This document shows, one piece after another, positions 36,667 to 46,853 of a stretch of 64,000 bases of DNA. This stretch comes from a virus: IMG/VR virus record IMGVR_UViG_3300031088_000734, one strand, 5' to 3'. The translations under genes and the position numbers were made by a program. The stretch's first letter is position 1. Every line of letters begins with the position of its first letter. The notes under the pieces are model-generated. The model saw nothing but the letters and a program-made list of their open reading frames with translations, had not been told where the DNA came from and made no database searches.

Positions 36667-36987
36667 ATGGTTAGCTTTTTGAAATATACCTTTACCATCA
36701 GACCAGAATTTGTCCATGAATTGAAAGAATCCATGCTTGAATATGACTGGATGCCGAATTTTGTTTCGGTTGATGATGCGGGTGTTGTTTCTTTATTTGA
36801 CGTTCAAGATGGCCTTACAGAAGATGCTATTACGCAAGTTATGGGTTCGTTGTCACCAGAAGGTGTTGCCAGTATGGAATGTGATATCATTGCGTGCGAA
36901 TTCAATGAAGTGATTCGTTGCCGTGTTAAAAATGGTCGAGTTGTTAAGAACTATGCCTGCGATTTTGTGTGGAGTGCTACAACTTAA
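36667..36987 (+). CDS. Hypothetical protein
   Basis: 106 aa; GGAG RBS; TGGTATAAT upstream. Confidence 0.7.
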   Translation: MVSFLKYTFTIRPEFVHELKESMLEYDWMPNFVSVDDAGVVSLFDVQDGLTEDAITQVMGSLSPEGVASMECDIIACEFNEVIRCRVKNGRVVKNYACDFVWSATT

Positions 36988-37179
36988 TACATAATTTATT
37001 GAGGGTAAAAATAAACCGCCATCAAGGCGGTTTTCCTTTTGGTTCAAATTCAAACGCTAGTAATCATGAATTGATCAATTGTTGCTTGTTCATCAAATAG
37101 ACTTTTTTTCACCAAAAGAATAAACATCTTCCTCAACATATATCATTACTGAGTAGGTTTATTTTTTAGAGTTCTCATT

Positions 37180-37779
37180 TCACTGCTCCCATTTTTTATT
37201 AACAGAAATTTTTTCTTGAATTTCTTGAACTTCTTTGATTGTAAGATCTTTTGAATTAATCTCAACCTTCAACATGGAGTGTAGTTTTAACAAAGACTCA
37301 TTAACAGCTAAAAACAAAATGTTGTTACTGATAAGATCTTTGTCTACTTGTCCACAAATGAAGGGATCATTCGTTTTGAATTGTTTAAACCATTTATTTT
37401 CAAAATAACCAAATGATATTGACAATTCTTTTGTATCTTTATAGAGTTTTTGGAGTTCATCTTCAAAAAGACTGTAATCTAATTTAAAAACAGTATCATT
37501 CATTGAGCCAATAGGCAATTCAAGATTAGACACGAGCATTCTAGCTACTTCTTTTGCAAGCATTAAGCTGTTAGCACTTTTTGAATTAATGAATTTCATC
37601 AAATGAGAAGATGCTTCGTTTTTTATTTCAATGGCATTTATTCTTTCATGTATTCCTCGAATATCAAAAAAGACATTTCCAATTTGTTGAATTAAAAAGT
37701 TGTATGTTTTTTGTGTCATGGTTATTTCCATTGCAATGAAATGTATGGCTATTATACAGTGTGTACGCTCCTTTTTCAA
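37180..37779 (-). CDS. Hypothetical protein
   Basis: 199-aa ORF. Confidence 0.7.
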   Translation of the reverse strand: MKKERTHCIIAIHFIAMEITMTQKTYNFLIQQIGNVFFDIRGIHERINAIEIKNEASSHLMKFINSKSANSLMLAKEVARMLVSNLELPIGSMNDTVFKLDYSLFEDELQKLYKDTKELSISFGYFENKWFKQFKTNDPFICGQVDKDLISNNILFLAVNESLLKLHSMLKVEINSKDLTIKEVQEIQEKISVNKKWEQ

Positions 37780-37854
37780 GAAAAAATCGTAAACATATTA
37801 ATGAAAATTGTATAAAGTTATTCGCTTATATTTTATACTTGTTTTTTCTTTCGG

Positions 37855-38280
37855 GTGGTTGAAAAACTTAATTTTTATGGTAATTTATTCATTTCAAATG
37901 AGGATTTTTCAATGGCGTTAATTTTATACAGTAATGGTGAAGCTTCATTCATCAAGAAAGACATCAATCCAGACTATTTTGATGACAGCGGTCGATTAAA
38001 TATTGACTATGTACAATTCACATTGGATTCAGAAGACATCCATACAATCTTCATAGATGATCCAGAAACTGTCTTGACCATTGGTGAAGGTGAGTTTCAA
38101 GGTCATTACACCATGTTCCTTTACAACAGTGAGGCTGAATTTAAACAATTGCCAGTGAATGAGTTCATGACTGATGTTGCGTTGCAAGTGGGAATGATAC
38201 CTCCTGATACTAATATCAGAGGCACTGTCATTTGTTTGGAAATTGATGAGCTAGGTATGCCAGACATGTCGAATATATGA
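37855..38280 (+). CDS. DUF3846-like protein, paralogue of 38352..38696
   Basis: LYNSEAEFKQLPVNEFMT...NIRGTVICL. Confidence 0.55.
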   Translation: MVEKLNFYGNLFISNEDFSMALILYSNGEASFIKKDINPDYFDDSGRLNIDYVQFTLDSEDIHTIFIDDPETVLTIGEGEFQGHYTMFLYNSEAEFKQLPVNEFMTDVALQVGMIPPDTNIRGTVICLEIDELGMPDMSNI

Positions 38281-38351
38281 TAAATTGTCTATTGTTTATT
38301 GAATTAACTTTACATCATGTTAATCTTTAATTAACAACATGGAGTTATTCA

Positions 38352-38696
38352 ATGGCATTAGTCATTTTTGAGGATGGCACAGCGAATAGTGCAAATGCAG
38401 TAGATCAACCAGAATTTTATGATGAACTAGGTAGGCCCAACACCATGTTCATGCAAAGTGTTTTAGAAACAACCAACATAGGGGCTATCTATTTTGAAGA
38501 CCCAGAAGATGTCATTAGTTACAAAGGCGTTGATTATTCGTTAATTCTTGTCGATAACGAAGCAGAAGACAAAGGGCTTTCTGTCAACAAATTTGCTACT
38601 GAGGTCACTAGACGTATGGGGTTGATTGAAGAGGATGAAGTTCTTAAAGGAGTTGTTATGTTTGTGGCGGTTACAGAATTAGGTCCAATGGAATAA
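38352..38696 (+). CDS. DUF3846-like protein
   Basis: LVDNEAEDKGLSVNKFAT...VLKGVVMFV; GGAG RBS. Confidence 0.55.
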   Translation: MALVIFEDGTANSANAVDQPEFYDELGRPNTMFMQSVLETTNIGAIYFEDPEDVISYKGVDYSLILVDNEAEDKGLSVNKFATEVTRRMGLIEEDEVLKGVVMFVAVTELGPME

Positions 38697-38711
38697 GTTT
38701 TTTAATAGGAG

Positions 38712-38972
38712 ATGTATATGAGTGTATTTAAGATTGAAGCTGATGGTAAGATGCATGTGTTTAATTTGGTAAAATTTAACTTGTATGACAATCGTGGTAA
38801 TGGTTATGTTCTACATACTGATAATGCTTCACAATTAAAAGCTTTAACAGTTGGACAGAATATTGACAGGTTAGATATTTTAGAAGGTGTTGGTCAAGTG
38901 GCTCGTGGCCTTATTGTTAAAGAAATAAATGATACAACGCTAACACTTGTTCATCATTATGTTTTAAAATAA
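38712..38972 (+). CDS. Hypothetical protein
   Basis: 86 aa; AGGAG RBS. Confidence 0.65.
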   Translation: MYMSVFKIEADGKMHVFNLVKFNLYDNRGNGYVLHTDNASQLKALTVGQNIDRLDILEGVGQVARGLIVKEINDTTLTLVHHYVLK

Positions 38973-39088
38973 AAAAGCATTAATGACAGCTTTTAATAAA
39001 AAGACCTTTATGGTCTTTTTTACTTTAAATATAACCTTATTTGACAATTATTTGGCTTGCATTATAATATGAGTATATAACAGTTATT

Positions 39089-39634
39089 GTGGCTAACATG
39101 AATAATAAACTTTTTTTATTTGCACTTTTTGGATTAATTCCTGTCACTTCTATAGCTGAGTATAGAATGAATATCAATTTCTCTGATCCATCCAGTATTT
39201 CTTTTGGAACAAACACCAGTGAACCGGGTGAAGGTACACCAGAAGAACCTACAGATCCAGTTGATGCTTGCCCAACCAGCTTTCCAACTCCTACATTAGC
39301 AGCAGGATTTCCAACGATTATAAAATCTGGTGCATCCGTTAATTATAGTGTTCAAATTACTTCGGCTGGGGGTTATGCTAGTATGGCAGAAGTGGGATCG
39401 GGACAGCGTTTTGTTAAAATTGTTACGACTCATGTATCAGGAGTTGGTTATGGTGATGGTGGTCTTTATGTAGGAACGACTCAAACATGGGGTGTAAATG
39501 CTGGTGAAACTCTCAATGTCGTTTTAACTCCAGTTGCTTATGACATGCAAGAAGGCACTCAATGTCCTATTACTGGAACACCTTTTACATTGGTTAATAA
39601 AACACACGCCCAACTTTATTCAGAAGCACAATAA
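39089..39634 (+). CDS. Secreted protein, [DEG]Y family
   Basis: SIA-EYRMNINFSDPSSISF then PGEGTPEEP linker. Confidence 0.75.
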   Translation: MANMNNKLFLFALFGLIPVTSIAEYRMNINFSDPSSISFGTNTSEPGEGTPEEPTDPVDACPTSFPTPTLAAGFPTIIKSGASVNYSVQITSAGGYASMAEVGSGQRFVKIVTTHVSGVGYGDGGLYVGTTQTWGVNAGETLNVVLTPVAYDMQEGTQCPITGTPFTLVNKTHAQLYSEAQ

Positions 39635-39680
39635 TTGTTTCAGTTATTTAAAGGAGCCTTTCGAGGTTCTTTTTTAATCC

Positions 39681-40079
39681 TTGATATTTGTCTTGGTGTT
39701 TGGTAAAATAGCTCCATATTTCATGAAGAGAGTATTAACAATGACCACTACTATCCTTACTGTTGAACAGCAACGTAATCGTTTTGTAAAACACCACAAA
39801 AACGCAGCACCTGTTGGTTTTGACTACACCTTTGAAGGTAATGGTTTTAAAGACATTATGCTGAATGGTATCTTTTTGGGGTGGCTGTTGGCGGTTGAAG
39901 CACAGACCAAAGACGAAGTGAATCTCTATTACAGCCGAACCTATGGTTGGAAACTTGAATCTGCTGATAGTGGTTTCACTGTTCCTTCGCCAGAATTCAT
40001 GCGGCGGTCGGATGAATATAAAGTCATTGAATGGGCTAAAGAACATGGTTTCTTGGTGATTAAAGTTGATGATGAATAA
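39681..40079 (+). CDS. Hypothetical protein
   Basis: 132-aa ORF; likely start MTTTILT at 39741. Confidence 0.65.
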   Translation: MIFVLVFGKIAPYFMKRVLTMTTTILTVEQQRNRFVKHHKNAAPVGFDYTFEGNGFKDIMLNGIFLGWLLAVEAQTKDEVNLYYSRTYGWKLESADSGFTVPSPEFMRRSDEYKVIEWAKEHGFLVIKVDDE

Positions 40080-40121
40080 TGTTTGACTGCATAAAAAAGC
40101 CCAGCTAATGCTGGGTTTTCT

Positions 40122-40631
40122 TTATTTCTTATTCCATTTTTCCTGACAGACAAATCGTATGCGTTCTATTTCATCCAAGAACCATTGATAATCAGTCGCA
40201 AGATAGATTTTGTATTTCCCGTTCTTTCCATACCAGTTGAAATGGATAAATGGTAATGTAGACGCCACCAACATATTGAGCAAATCTCTATTTTGACGCA
40301 GCTTACACCTTAAACCTTCTAAGATATCTTCGACTTCTTCACTGGTCAATCCTGTTGTTCGTGGATTTAACTTATCCATTTCATCACCTTTTTGTTTGGC
40401 TTCATAACCATACAGTGATCTTAACTCATCATGTTGTTGACCAGACCAAAGCCATGCCCAATACCCCTCTAAACTCTCGAAGTGCCCGTGTTTGGGATGA
40501 TTGAAGGGGTAGTGTGCGAAGTTGCTTAATGCTTTTCCAAGTTTTGTCTTTCCTTTGGAAGCCGCATTAATAAATAGAATGCCATCGTTATCTGGCGAAA
40601 TGTCTTCTTCTTGCAGAATGGTAATTGTCAT
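40122..40631 (-). CDS. NADAR-family protein, T4 gp30.3-like
   Basis: LSNFAHYPF...HFESLEGYW resembles the T4 gp30.3 N-terminal LSNFA-x-x-PF...LEGFL motif as I recall it; KLRQNRDLLNML helix. Confidence 0.65.
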   Translation of the reverse strand: MTITILQEEDISPDNDGILFINAASKGKTKLGKALSNFAHYPFNHPKHGHFESLEGYWAWLWSGQQHDELRSLYGYEAKQKGDEMDKLNPRTTGLTSEEVEDILEGLRCKLRQNRDLLNMLVASTLPFIHFNWYGKNGKYKIYLATDYQWFLDEIERIRFVCQEKWNKK

Positions 40632-40704
40632 TGTTAATAACTCCTGAGATCTCTATTAACAATAACATGTTTTTTAATCTTTTCAATTTAGGTTAGTGAC
40701 GCTT

Positions 40705-41151
40705 TTAGTCTTTTGGTGCTTCTTTAGTCAACCTTGCTTCAAAGTCTTTGTAGTTTTTGATAGCCACTCGCATTTCAGATTCGAGCTTTTCTTTCTTTTG
40801 TTCATCAACAATTCTTTGATCCAAAGTGACTTTTGGTTTTTCATTGAGATCTTGAATGCAATCGGTAATCCAAGAAATAAAGACACCATGTCGAATAGCT
40901 TTCACAGCTTTATAAAGAAACAATAGTGTCATGATCCCCACACCAATGCAACCAATGGTGAACATCACTGTCGATATAAGGAAATACAATGGAAAGAAAA
41001 AGTCAGATTCAGCCACGTAGCTTATACGGATAATGAACTGCAGCATAAACCCAAGCACAATCATTGCCATTGATAAGCAGAAAACGGAACTCTTTACAGA
41101 GTTATCTACCAACATCCAGCTTGGTATTTTTGATTTTAGGTCTATGCTCAT
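40705..41151 (-). CDS. 2-TM membrane protein
   Basis: 148 aa; two hydrophobic helices, charged tail. Confidence 0.7.
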   Translation of the reverse strand: MSIDLKSKIPSWMLVDNSVKSSVFCLSMAMIVLGFMLQFIIRISYVAESDFFFPLYFLISTVMFTIGCIGVGIMTLLFLYKAVKAIRHGVFISWITDCIQDLNEKPKVTLDQRIVDEQKKEKLESEMRVAIKNYKDFEARLTKEAPKD

Positions 41152-41223
41152 TGTTCAAATCCTCATTAATTACTGCAATTGTATCAAATGTAAACATACA
41201 TTGCAATATATTATAACAATATA

Positions 41224-41751
41224 TTATATCGTTAACATGTTAGCTACAGTCAATCTCTGATTAAACTCAACACTGTTGAAATCATATACACCCACTACAT
41301 CCATTTCTGGCAACAACTCTTTTAGTTCTGACCCTTTGTAATGCTTGGACAGCATGAGTAATTTCAATAACTTTTGATCCAAACCCACATTAAAGTTACA
41401 GATGACTTTTTCATTGATATTACGTTCATAACGATAAACAATATCATTCAGTTCAAGATGGTTTTCACCTTTAACATCTTCATAGAAAATCCAGAGCATG
41501 GCTCCGTTGGCTTTATTATAAAATGAGAAACGTAATCGTTTGAATTTACCATCGTCAAAAATGGCATCACAATCTTCTAGCATCCCCGGAAAGGATATGC
41601 CTAATTTAATGGTGTCAAAGTTGAGTGTTGTCTTGTAGATTAATCCACATGTTCCTTTGATGGCTGCATGCTCACAAAGAACTTCAAAATAGCCGGGAAG
41701 CCCCCATTTATTTTTATCTTTGAAGTCCGTTAAAACAAATTTTTCGTACAT
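41224..41751 (-). CDS. YDFxS subfamily of M(-4) motif proteins
   Basis: Ends ELLPEMDVVGVYDFNSVEFNQRLTVANMLTI. Confidence 0.75.
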   Translation of the reverse strand: MYEKFVLTDFKDKNKWGLPGYFEVLCEHAAIKGTCGLIYKTTLNFDTIKLGISFPGMLEDCDAIFDDGKFKRLRFSFYNKANGAMLWIFYEDVKGENHLELNDIVYRYERNINEKVICNFNVGLDQKLLKLLMLSKHYKGSELKELLPEMDVVGVYDFNSVEFNQRLTVANMLTI

Positions 41752-41752
41752 A

Positions 41753-42292
41753 TTAAATTAACACCATTTTAGCGAGATCCAGCCTTTGTCTGAAATTATC
41801 ACTGTTTAAATCATATACACCTGTCTGATAAAATTCTGGAAATGTTTCTTCCACGAATTCTTTTTGACCTGTTTTGCTACTCATCAAGATTTTGATCATA
41901 TCTTCATCAAGAATAGCTCCAAATCTATATTTTTGATGATCTTCAATATGTCCACCAGATGGGTTATATCCGAATGCTGTTCTAATAAAGTTCAAATCTT
42001 TATCAACTGTAATGCTTAGTATTTTATTATATCTTCTGCTATTAAAAGCAAAATGAATATGTTTAAGACAACCTTCATCTGTAAAGTAAGCGTGACAGGT
42101 TTCTTCCAAATCATCAAATTTCATGCCTGTTTTAACATCAGGAAGACTTAGATTTTTATTGTTTGCATAACGATTAATTTCTTTTTCAGCAATAGCTTCT
42201 ACAAGATCGATAAAACCTGTTTTATCCGCTTGAAAAAAATTTGACATTTTAGGGTATTCCGACATGAATAAACTCCATTGAAAATTAGACAT
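41753..42292 (-). CDS. YDFxS subfamily of M(-4) motif proteins
   Basis: Ends ETFPEFYQTGVYDLNSDNFRQRLDLAKMVLI. Confidence 0.75.
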   Translation of the reverse strand: MSNFQWSLFMSEYPKMSNFFQADKTGFIDLVEAIAEKEINRYANNKNLSLPDVKTGMKFDDLEETCHAYFTDEGCLKHIHFAFNSRRYNKILSITVDKDLNFIRTAFGYNPSGGHIEDHQKYRFGAILDEDMIKILMSSKTGQKEFVEETFPEFYQTGVYDLNSDNFRQRLDLAKMVLI

Positions 42293-42437
42293 TTATTATA
42301 GCACAGAAGATTCCAAAAATGCAAATGTGAAATAAATCCGTTTTTGACATCAATATGTTTCTATTTATTACAAAATTTTCTTTGATCTATGTCAATAAAT
42401 AGTGTATAATTCTAATATCATTTAAGGTACCTAAACT

Positions 42438-43436
42438 ATGCACAACTTTCATTCTCATCATGCTCACGACGATCATGCTCATGATCCCGTTAACGTCGCT
42501 AATCATGACCATTGTCCAAGTCTTCATATTCATGACATCAATAAACAGAAATCGAGTGGTCGTAAAAAGCTTGCTATGATCATGACGATTACCTTTGCTT
42601 TTGCCATTGTTGAAATGGTCGGTGGTTGGTTCTCTGGGTCGTTAGCCTTGATTTCAGATGCTTTTCATATGCTGACTGATTCGTCTTCTCTTATGCTCGC
42701 TTTAATCATGGCAATTCTGGCTCAAAGACCAGCAGATGATAAGTATTCCTATGGGCATGGTCGTTGGGAGATTATCGGGGCATTACTGAATGGTATTTTC
42801 ATGATTGCCGTGATTGTCTTCTTAATTTATGAAGGTATTGATAGAATCTTGAACCCAAGACCTGTTGAATCGACTACGATTATCTGGATTGCAACTATTG
42901 GATTGTTGATCAATATCTTTGCTGCATGGTTACTTCACTCCCATAGTCATTCATTAAACACCCGTGGGGCGTTTCTTCATGTCTTGGGTGATTTGCTGGG
43001 TAGTGTTGCTGCGATTGCGGCTGGTGTGCTTATCTACTTTACTGGCATGACCATTTTTGACCCAATTATCTCTATCGTTGTTGCTCTTATTTTGGTTGCA
43101 CCTACTTATAATTTATTGAAACAAACGTCTCGTATTATCTTAGAAGGTGTTCCAGAACATATTGATTATGTTGAAGTGGGTAAAAGTTTAAACGAAGTAC
43201 AAAATGTCCTTTCCGTTCATGACCTTCACATTTGGTCAATGACATCAGAACATATTTCATTATCAGCACACGTTGAAATTGCAAGCATTGATCAATGGGA
43301 ACAAGTATTAGCTGACATCCAGCTCATGTTGTCTAATAAATTCCAGATTAACCACATCACTCTTCAACCCGAAGTCCATAAAGAACATAAAGATGATCCT
43401 TTTGAAGACAATCATCTGGTTGAAGACGCTAACTAA
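42438..43436 (+). CDS. zitB: Cation diffusion facilitator Zn/Co/Cd exporter (ZitB/CzcD-like)
   Basis: His-rich N-terminus, SLALISDAFHMLTD, YSYGHGRWEI, LHVLGDLLGS, VHDLHIW, HITLQPE. Confidence 0.9.
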   Translation: MHNFHSHHAHDDHAHDPVNVANHDHCPSLHIHDINKQKSSGRKKLAMIMTITFAFAIVEMVGGWFSGSLALISDAFHMLTDSSSLMLALIMAILAQRPADDKYSYGHGRWEIIGALLNGIFMIAVIVFLIYEGIDRILNPRPVESTTIIWIATIGLLINIFAAWLLHSHSHSLNTRGAFLHVLGDLLGSVAAIAAGVLIYFTGMTIFDPIISIVVALILVAPTYNLLKQTSRIILEGVPEHIDYVEVGKSLNEVQNVLSVHDLHIWSMTSEHISLSAHVEIASIDQWEQVLADIQLMLSNKFQINHITLQPEVHKEHKDDPFEDNHLVEDAN

Positions 43437-43501
43437 ATACTTCTATCTATCGTCCGTTGTTTGTGGTATACTCGCTATATTCTCAATAACGGACTTTTAA
43501 C

Positions 43502-43771
43502 ATGCACTATTTGAAATACCTGTTTGACTGGAACAACCATCCTATTCGTAGCCTCTACGTCTTAATTCCTATTGTTATCCTTAAATTTGGCTATTTGTTG
43601 GCATATTCTGTTGCACAGATAACGGTCAATCACTACTGGGTTCCCTTGATTATTACCGTGCTGGGGTTTATTCTGTTCATGGTTTGCGTTTGGCCGCTAT
43701 ATCAGATTATTCGTGATAAGGAAGCCGAAAAGAAAACTCAAAAAAACCAGAAACTTGACGAAAAACATTAA
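43502..43771 (+). CDS. Small 2-TM membrane protein
   Basis: 89 aa; two hydrophobic helices. Confidence 0.65.
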   Translation: MHYLKYLFDWNNHPIRSLYVLIPIVILKFGYLLAYSVAQITVNHYWVPLIITVLGFILFMVCVWPLYQIIRDKEAEKKTQKNQKLDEKH

Positions 43772-43894
43772 AATAATTGACCGTTTTTAATTTTAGTGCT
43801 ATAATTTAGTTCTCAATTAAACACCAACTAATGTCACCCCATTAGTTTAGATAACAACATTGACCATAACATTTACAATTTTTGGAGTCCTACA

Positions 43895-44227
43895 ATGACT
43901 AACGCTACTATCAAGATCGATAACAAAGAAATTTCTACTCTGGCCGCAGAATGGCTTGATGCTATTGAAAACATTCCGAACGAAAGCATTTATTCTAAAA
44001 TGAAAGTGCGAGAAGAGTCGATGAACTTGTGGAACATGTTCCGCACCAACTGCGATGTGCTGGTTAACGGTGATGTTTCTATCGTGGTGGCCGAAACTGA
44101 CATCATGGCAAAATCGAAGGCATATGCGATATTTGTGCATTCTTTGCCAGAAGATATTCGTGAATTGTTTAATCACAAGTTTGAAAATTTCTGGGAAGCT
44201 GTTTGTTCTCATATGGTTCTTAAATAA
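43895..44227 (+). CDS. Hypothetical protein
   Basis: 110 aa; GGAG RBS. Confidence 0.7.
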   Translation: MTNATIKIDNKEISTLAAEWLDAIENIPNESIYSKMKVREESMNLWNMFRTNCDVLVNGDVSIVVAETDIMAKSKAYAIFVHSLPEDIRELFNHKFENFWEAVCSHMVLK

Positions 44228-44267
44228 TTCAAAACATGTAGATATGAATAAAGCCTCTTCGGAGGCT

Positions 44268-45206
44268 TTATTTTTTGAACATTATATCTAGTTTACCTAC
44301 ATAATCATTTATGTTAGGAAGTCCATCACATAGGTAATCTGCATTAAAGCTACTGCCTATGTTTGAGAAATATCTTCTTTCCATTGTACATATATAATCT
44401 TTTGGTGATTTTTCAGTTCTGATGATTACTTCGTTTGGAACATCTAATAATGTAGTTGATTGAACACCATCCATTCTTATTTTTAGGGTTTGCTCCAAGC
44501 TTGGAATAATATAGTTTTCTGGATACACATCATTTTCTTGGCTTCTCATTGAGCCATTGACTTCATAAATGTCTCGTTGTGCTTTGTAGACATCATCACT
44601 GTAATCAAATGTAATTGCTACATTCAAATTACCTAATGAATTTTGTAATGATGTTGTATTTTCTATTATTTGGATATCTTTATTACTCGCAATACCTTCA
44701 TATTCTATATTGTATCTTTTATGATTTCCACTTGGCACTAATTGTGGGTTTCTTTTTAGTTCAATAGAAATAGTTGGAAATGAATAAGTTGGTTTATTTT
44801 CATTCATTTCATAATTCTCATTAGGCAACAATGACTTTAATGCTTCAGTTGTCGCTTGTCGTTCGATATCAGAAACAATAACTCTTCTTAATGGAATTTT
44901 AAAACTGTCGTCAATAGTATAACGTCTACCTTGTAAAAGCTTTTGTTCCTTTTGTCTGTATAATTCAGGATCTATTTTATCTATGGCAGTATTTAACACT
45001 TCATCTTCAATACCTACAAACGAGTCTTTTTTAACGGTTTGAACGGTTTCTACTGTTTTTGCATGGTTAATGCCTTCGACTTCAACTACTTTTTCTTCTT
45101 TTACGCTGTAATATAAAATACCACTAATTGCTATTACTGGTATCCATATCAGTACATCTTTTTTAGCCATCTTAAATTCCTGTAGGTATTCTTTAAATAA
45201 GACCAT
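44268..45206 (-). CDS. Membrane-anchored exported hypothetical protein
   Basis: 312 aa; N-terminal TM VLIWIPVIAISGILYY; likely start MAKKD. Confidence 0.7.
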   Translation of the reverse strand: MVLFKEYLQEFKMAKKDVLIWIPVIAISGILYYSVKEEKVVEVEGINHAKTVETVQTVKKDSFVGIEDEVLNTAIDKIDPELYRQKEQKLLQGRRYTIDDSFKIPLRRVIVSDIERQATTEALKSLLPNENYEMNENKPTYSFPTISIELKRNPQLVPSGNHKRYNIEYEGIASNKDIQIIENTTSLQNSLGNLNVAITFDYSDDVYKAQRDIYEVNGSMRSQENDVYPENYIIPSLEQTLKIRMDGVQSTTLLDVPNEVIIRTEKSPKDYICTMERRYFSNIGSSFNADYLCDGLPNINDYVGKLDIMFKK

Positions 45207-45472
45207 ATAATCATTATAATGTCAATATATTCCTTTTTATATAATGTTATTTTTAATCATTAGAGTGTTGATTTAATTTGAATAATTGCAACAAAAATGT
45301 CATGTTAAAATTTTAACTTTTCTTATTTAATTGAGGATTAACCTTATATTTTATTTTTAAATCAATTAACCTATTATTTATTGAAAATATTTTAAAATTT
45401 ATTTTTAATCTTTATTTAAATTTTGACAACCTTAATTTTAAAGCAAAAAAAAGAGCCACAAGGCTCTTTATC

Positions 45473-45730
45473 TTATTGTTTTGGCACATACACTGGTGTT
45501 GGCACTGTCTTGCCATCAAAACAACGATGTGGCCCAGCTAAATGCCAGACTTTTTCGTCATCTTGTGTGCCAATGTATTCACAATTTTCTATTTGGAATT
45601 TTTTGTAACTGAAACCATAACCTGTTGTTTGCAACTTAGTATCACTGAAACTACTGTCATTGACTGCGTTTGCACAACCTGTTAACAAAACCGCACCCGC
45701 CAGTAAAACTCCATACATTAACTTATTCAT
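45473..45730 (-). CDS. Small lipoprotein
   Basis: Lipobox LLTG-C. Confidence 0.7.
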   Translation of the reverse strand: MNKLMYGVLLAGAVLLTGCANAVNDSSFSDTKLQTTGYGFSYKKFQIENCEYIGTQDDEKVWHLAGPHRCFDGKTVPTPVYVPKQ

Positions 45731-45840
45731 TCAAACTCCTTTTAGTTATTAGACACTTTATAAAACAAATAAAACTTTAAGTCAACCACTAATCAAAGTT
45801 TTAATTAAAATAATCAACGTTATACCACTAACAAAAGTAA

Positions 45841-46287
45841 TTAAACATTCACTTTTTTAACTTTACGAAGTTCTTTTAGTTTATGCTCAATTTTGCCTTT
45901 TTCGAAGTTGCAATCCATACACATAGTCTGGGTATTTTTTATGCTATCAGCACCACCCAAAGAACGAGCCAGAATATGGTCGTGGGTCATGAGCACTTGT
46001 TGACCATTCTCACGAATAGCCCATAGATTAAGGTGGTAGTTTTCATCAATGGCATGACGTTCCATTGCAAAGAAGGCGGCTTTCACACCACAGTCAACAC
46101 ATTCGGTGCCATGCACAACAAATGTGAGTAGACGCAAAGAACTCAATTTAACTTGTTGTCCCGAAAACTCAACTCGTTTTGATTTGTTCTTTTCTTTGTT
46201 GATTGGGGGATTGTCATTGTATGCTTTGATAGCTTGTAGAGTTTCATTAAGGTCGCACTCTTTCAGCCGAATGTAATTAGTAGCCAT
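45841..46287 (-). CDS. HNH endonuclease
   Basis: CVDCG...THDHILARSLGGADSIKNTQTMCMDCNFEKG. Confidence 0.85.
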   Translation of the reverse strand: MATNYIRLKECDLNETLQAIKAYNDNPPINKEKNKSKRVEFSGQQVKLSSLRLLTFVVHGTECVDCGVKAAFFAMERHAIDENYHLNLWAIRENGQQVLMTHDHILARSLGGADSIKNTQTMCMDCNFEKGKIEHKLKELRKVKKVNV

Positions 46288-46387
46288 GATATTTTATTCC
46301 TTGCCTTTGTTCGATTAACCTAAGTATATCAAAATGCCTTCAAAAAATCCAGTATTTAGATAACAAAAAATCGCCATAAGGCGACTT

Positions 46388-46735
46388 TTAAGGTTTTGAT
46401 GGCTTCCATCTTGGGTTTATGTCAGCAAGCTTGTTTTCAGTGATAGTTGCAGGTCTTAAAGATGATGTAATAAATGCCCCTATTTCTCTCTCATTGACTT
46501 TGTAACTAGCTTTATTGTTTAAATTTTCAGTTTCAACTTTGTATTCCTGACCTCTAAATTCAACTCTTACCGCAGTGACTGGGCTGGATTCGTTGATTTT
46601 CAATCCTTCAATTCTTGGCTTGCCTACTTCGATTTCACCTGTTTGAAGGTTGACTAAACATTCTTTTTGAATGCTTTTTCCATCAGCTCTTGTTTCTACA
46701 AAGGACGCTTTCTTTTTAACATCAGTTTCTTTCAT
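46388..46735 (-). CDS. Hypothetical protein
   Basis: 115 aa; basic C-tail RWKPSKP. Confidence 0.65.
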   Translation of the reverse strand: MKETDVKKKASFVETRADGKSIQKECLVNLQTGEIEVGKPRIEGLKINESSPVTAVRVEFRGQEYKVETENLNNKASYKVNEREIGAFITSSLRPATITENKLADINPRWKPSKP

Positions 46736-46853
46736 AATTAAATCTCGTGTTTTTTATTATTATATCATATTTAAAATATTTCTCAAATTTCTTGTTGCCG
46801 ATGGTTTCATATTCTGCTATAATCCACCCATTATTCATTATTGAGGATTCAAC

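Noticed and set aside
45841-46287. HNH gene as part of an intron, or as a restriction partner of the MTase
   Set aside because: Free-standing, no flanking intron structure or split gene, and about 25 kb from the MTase.
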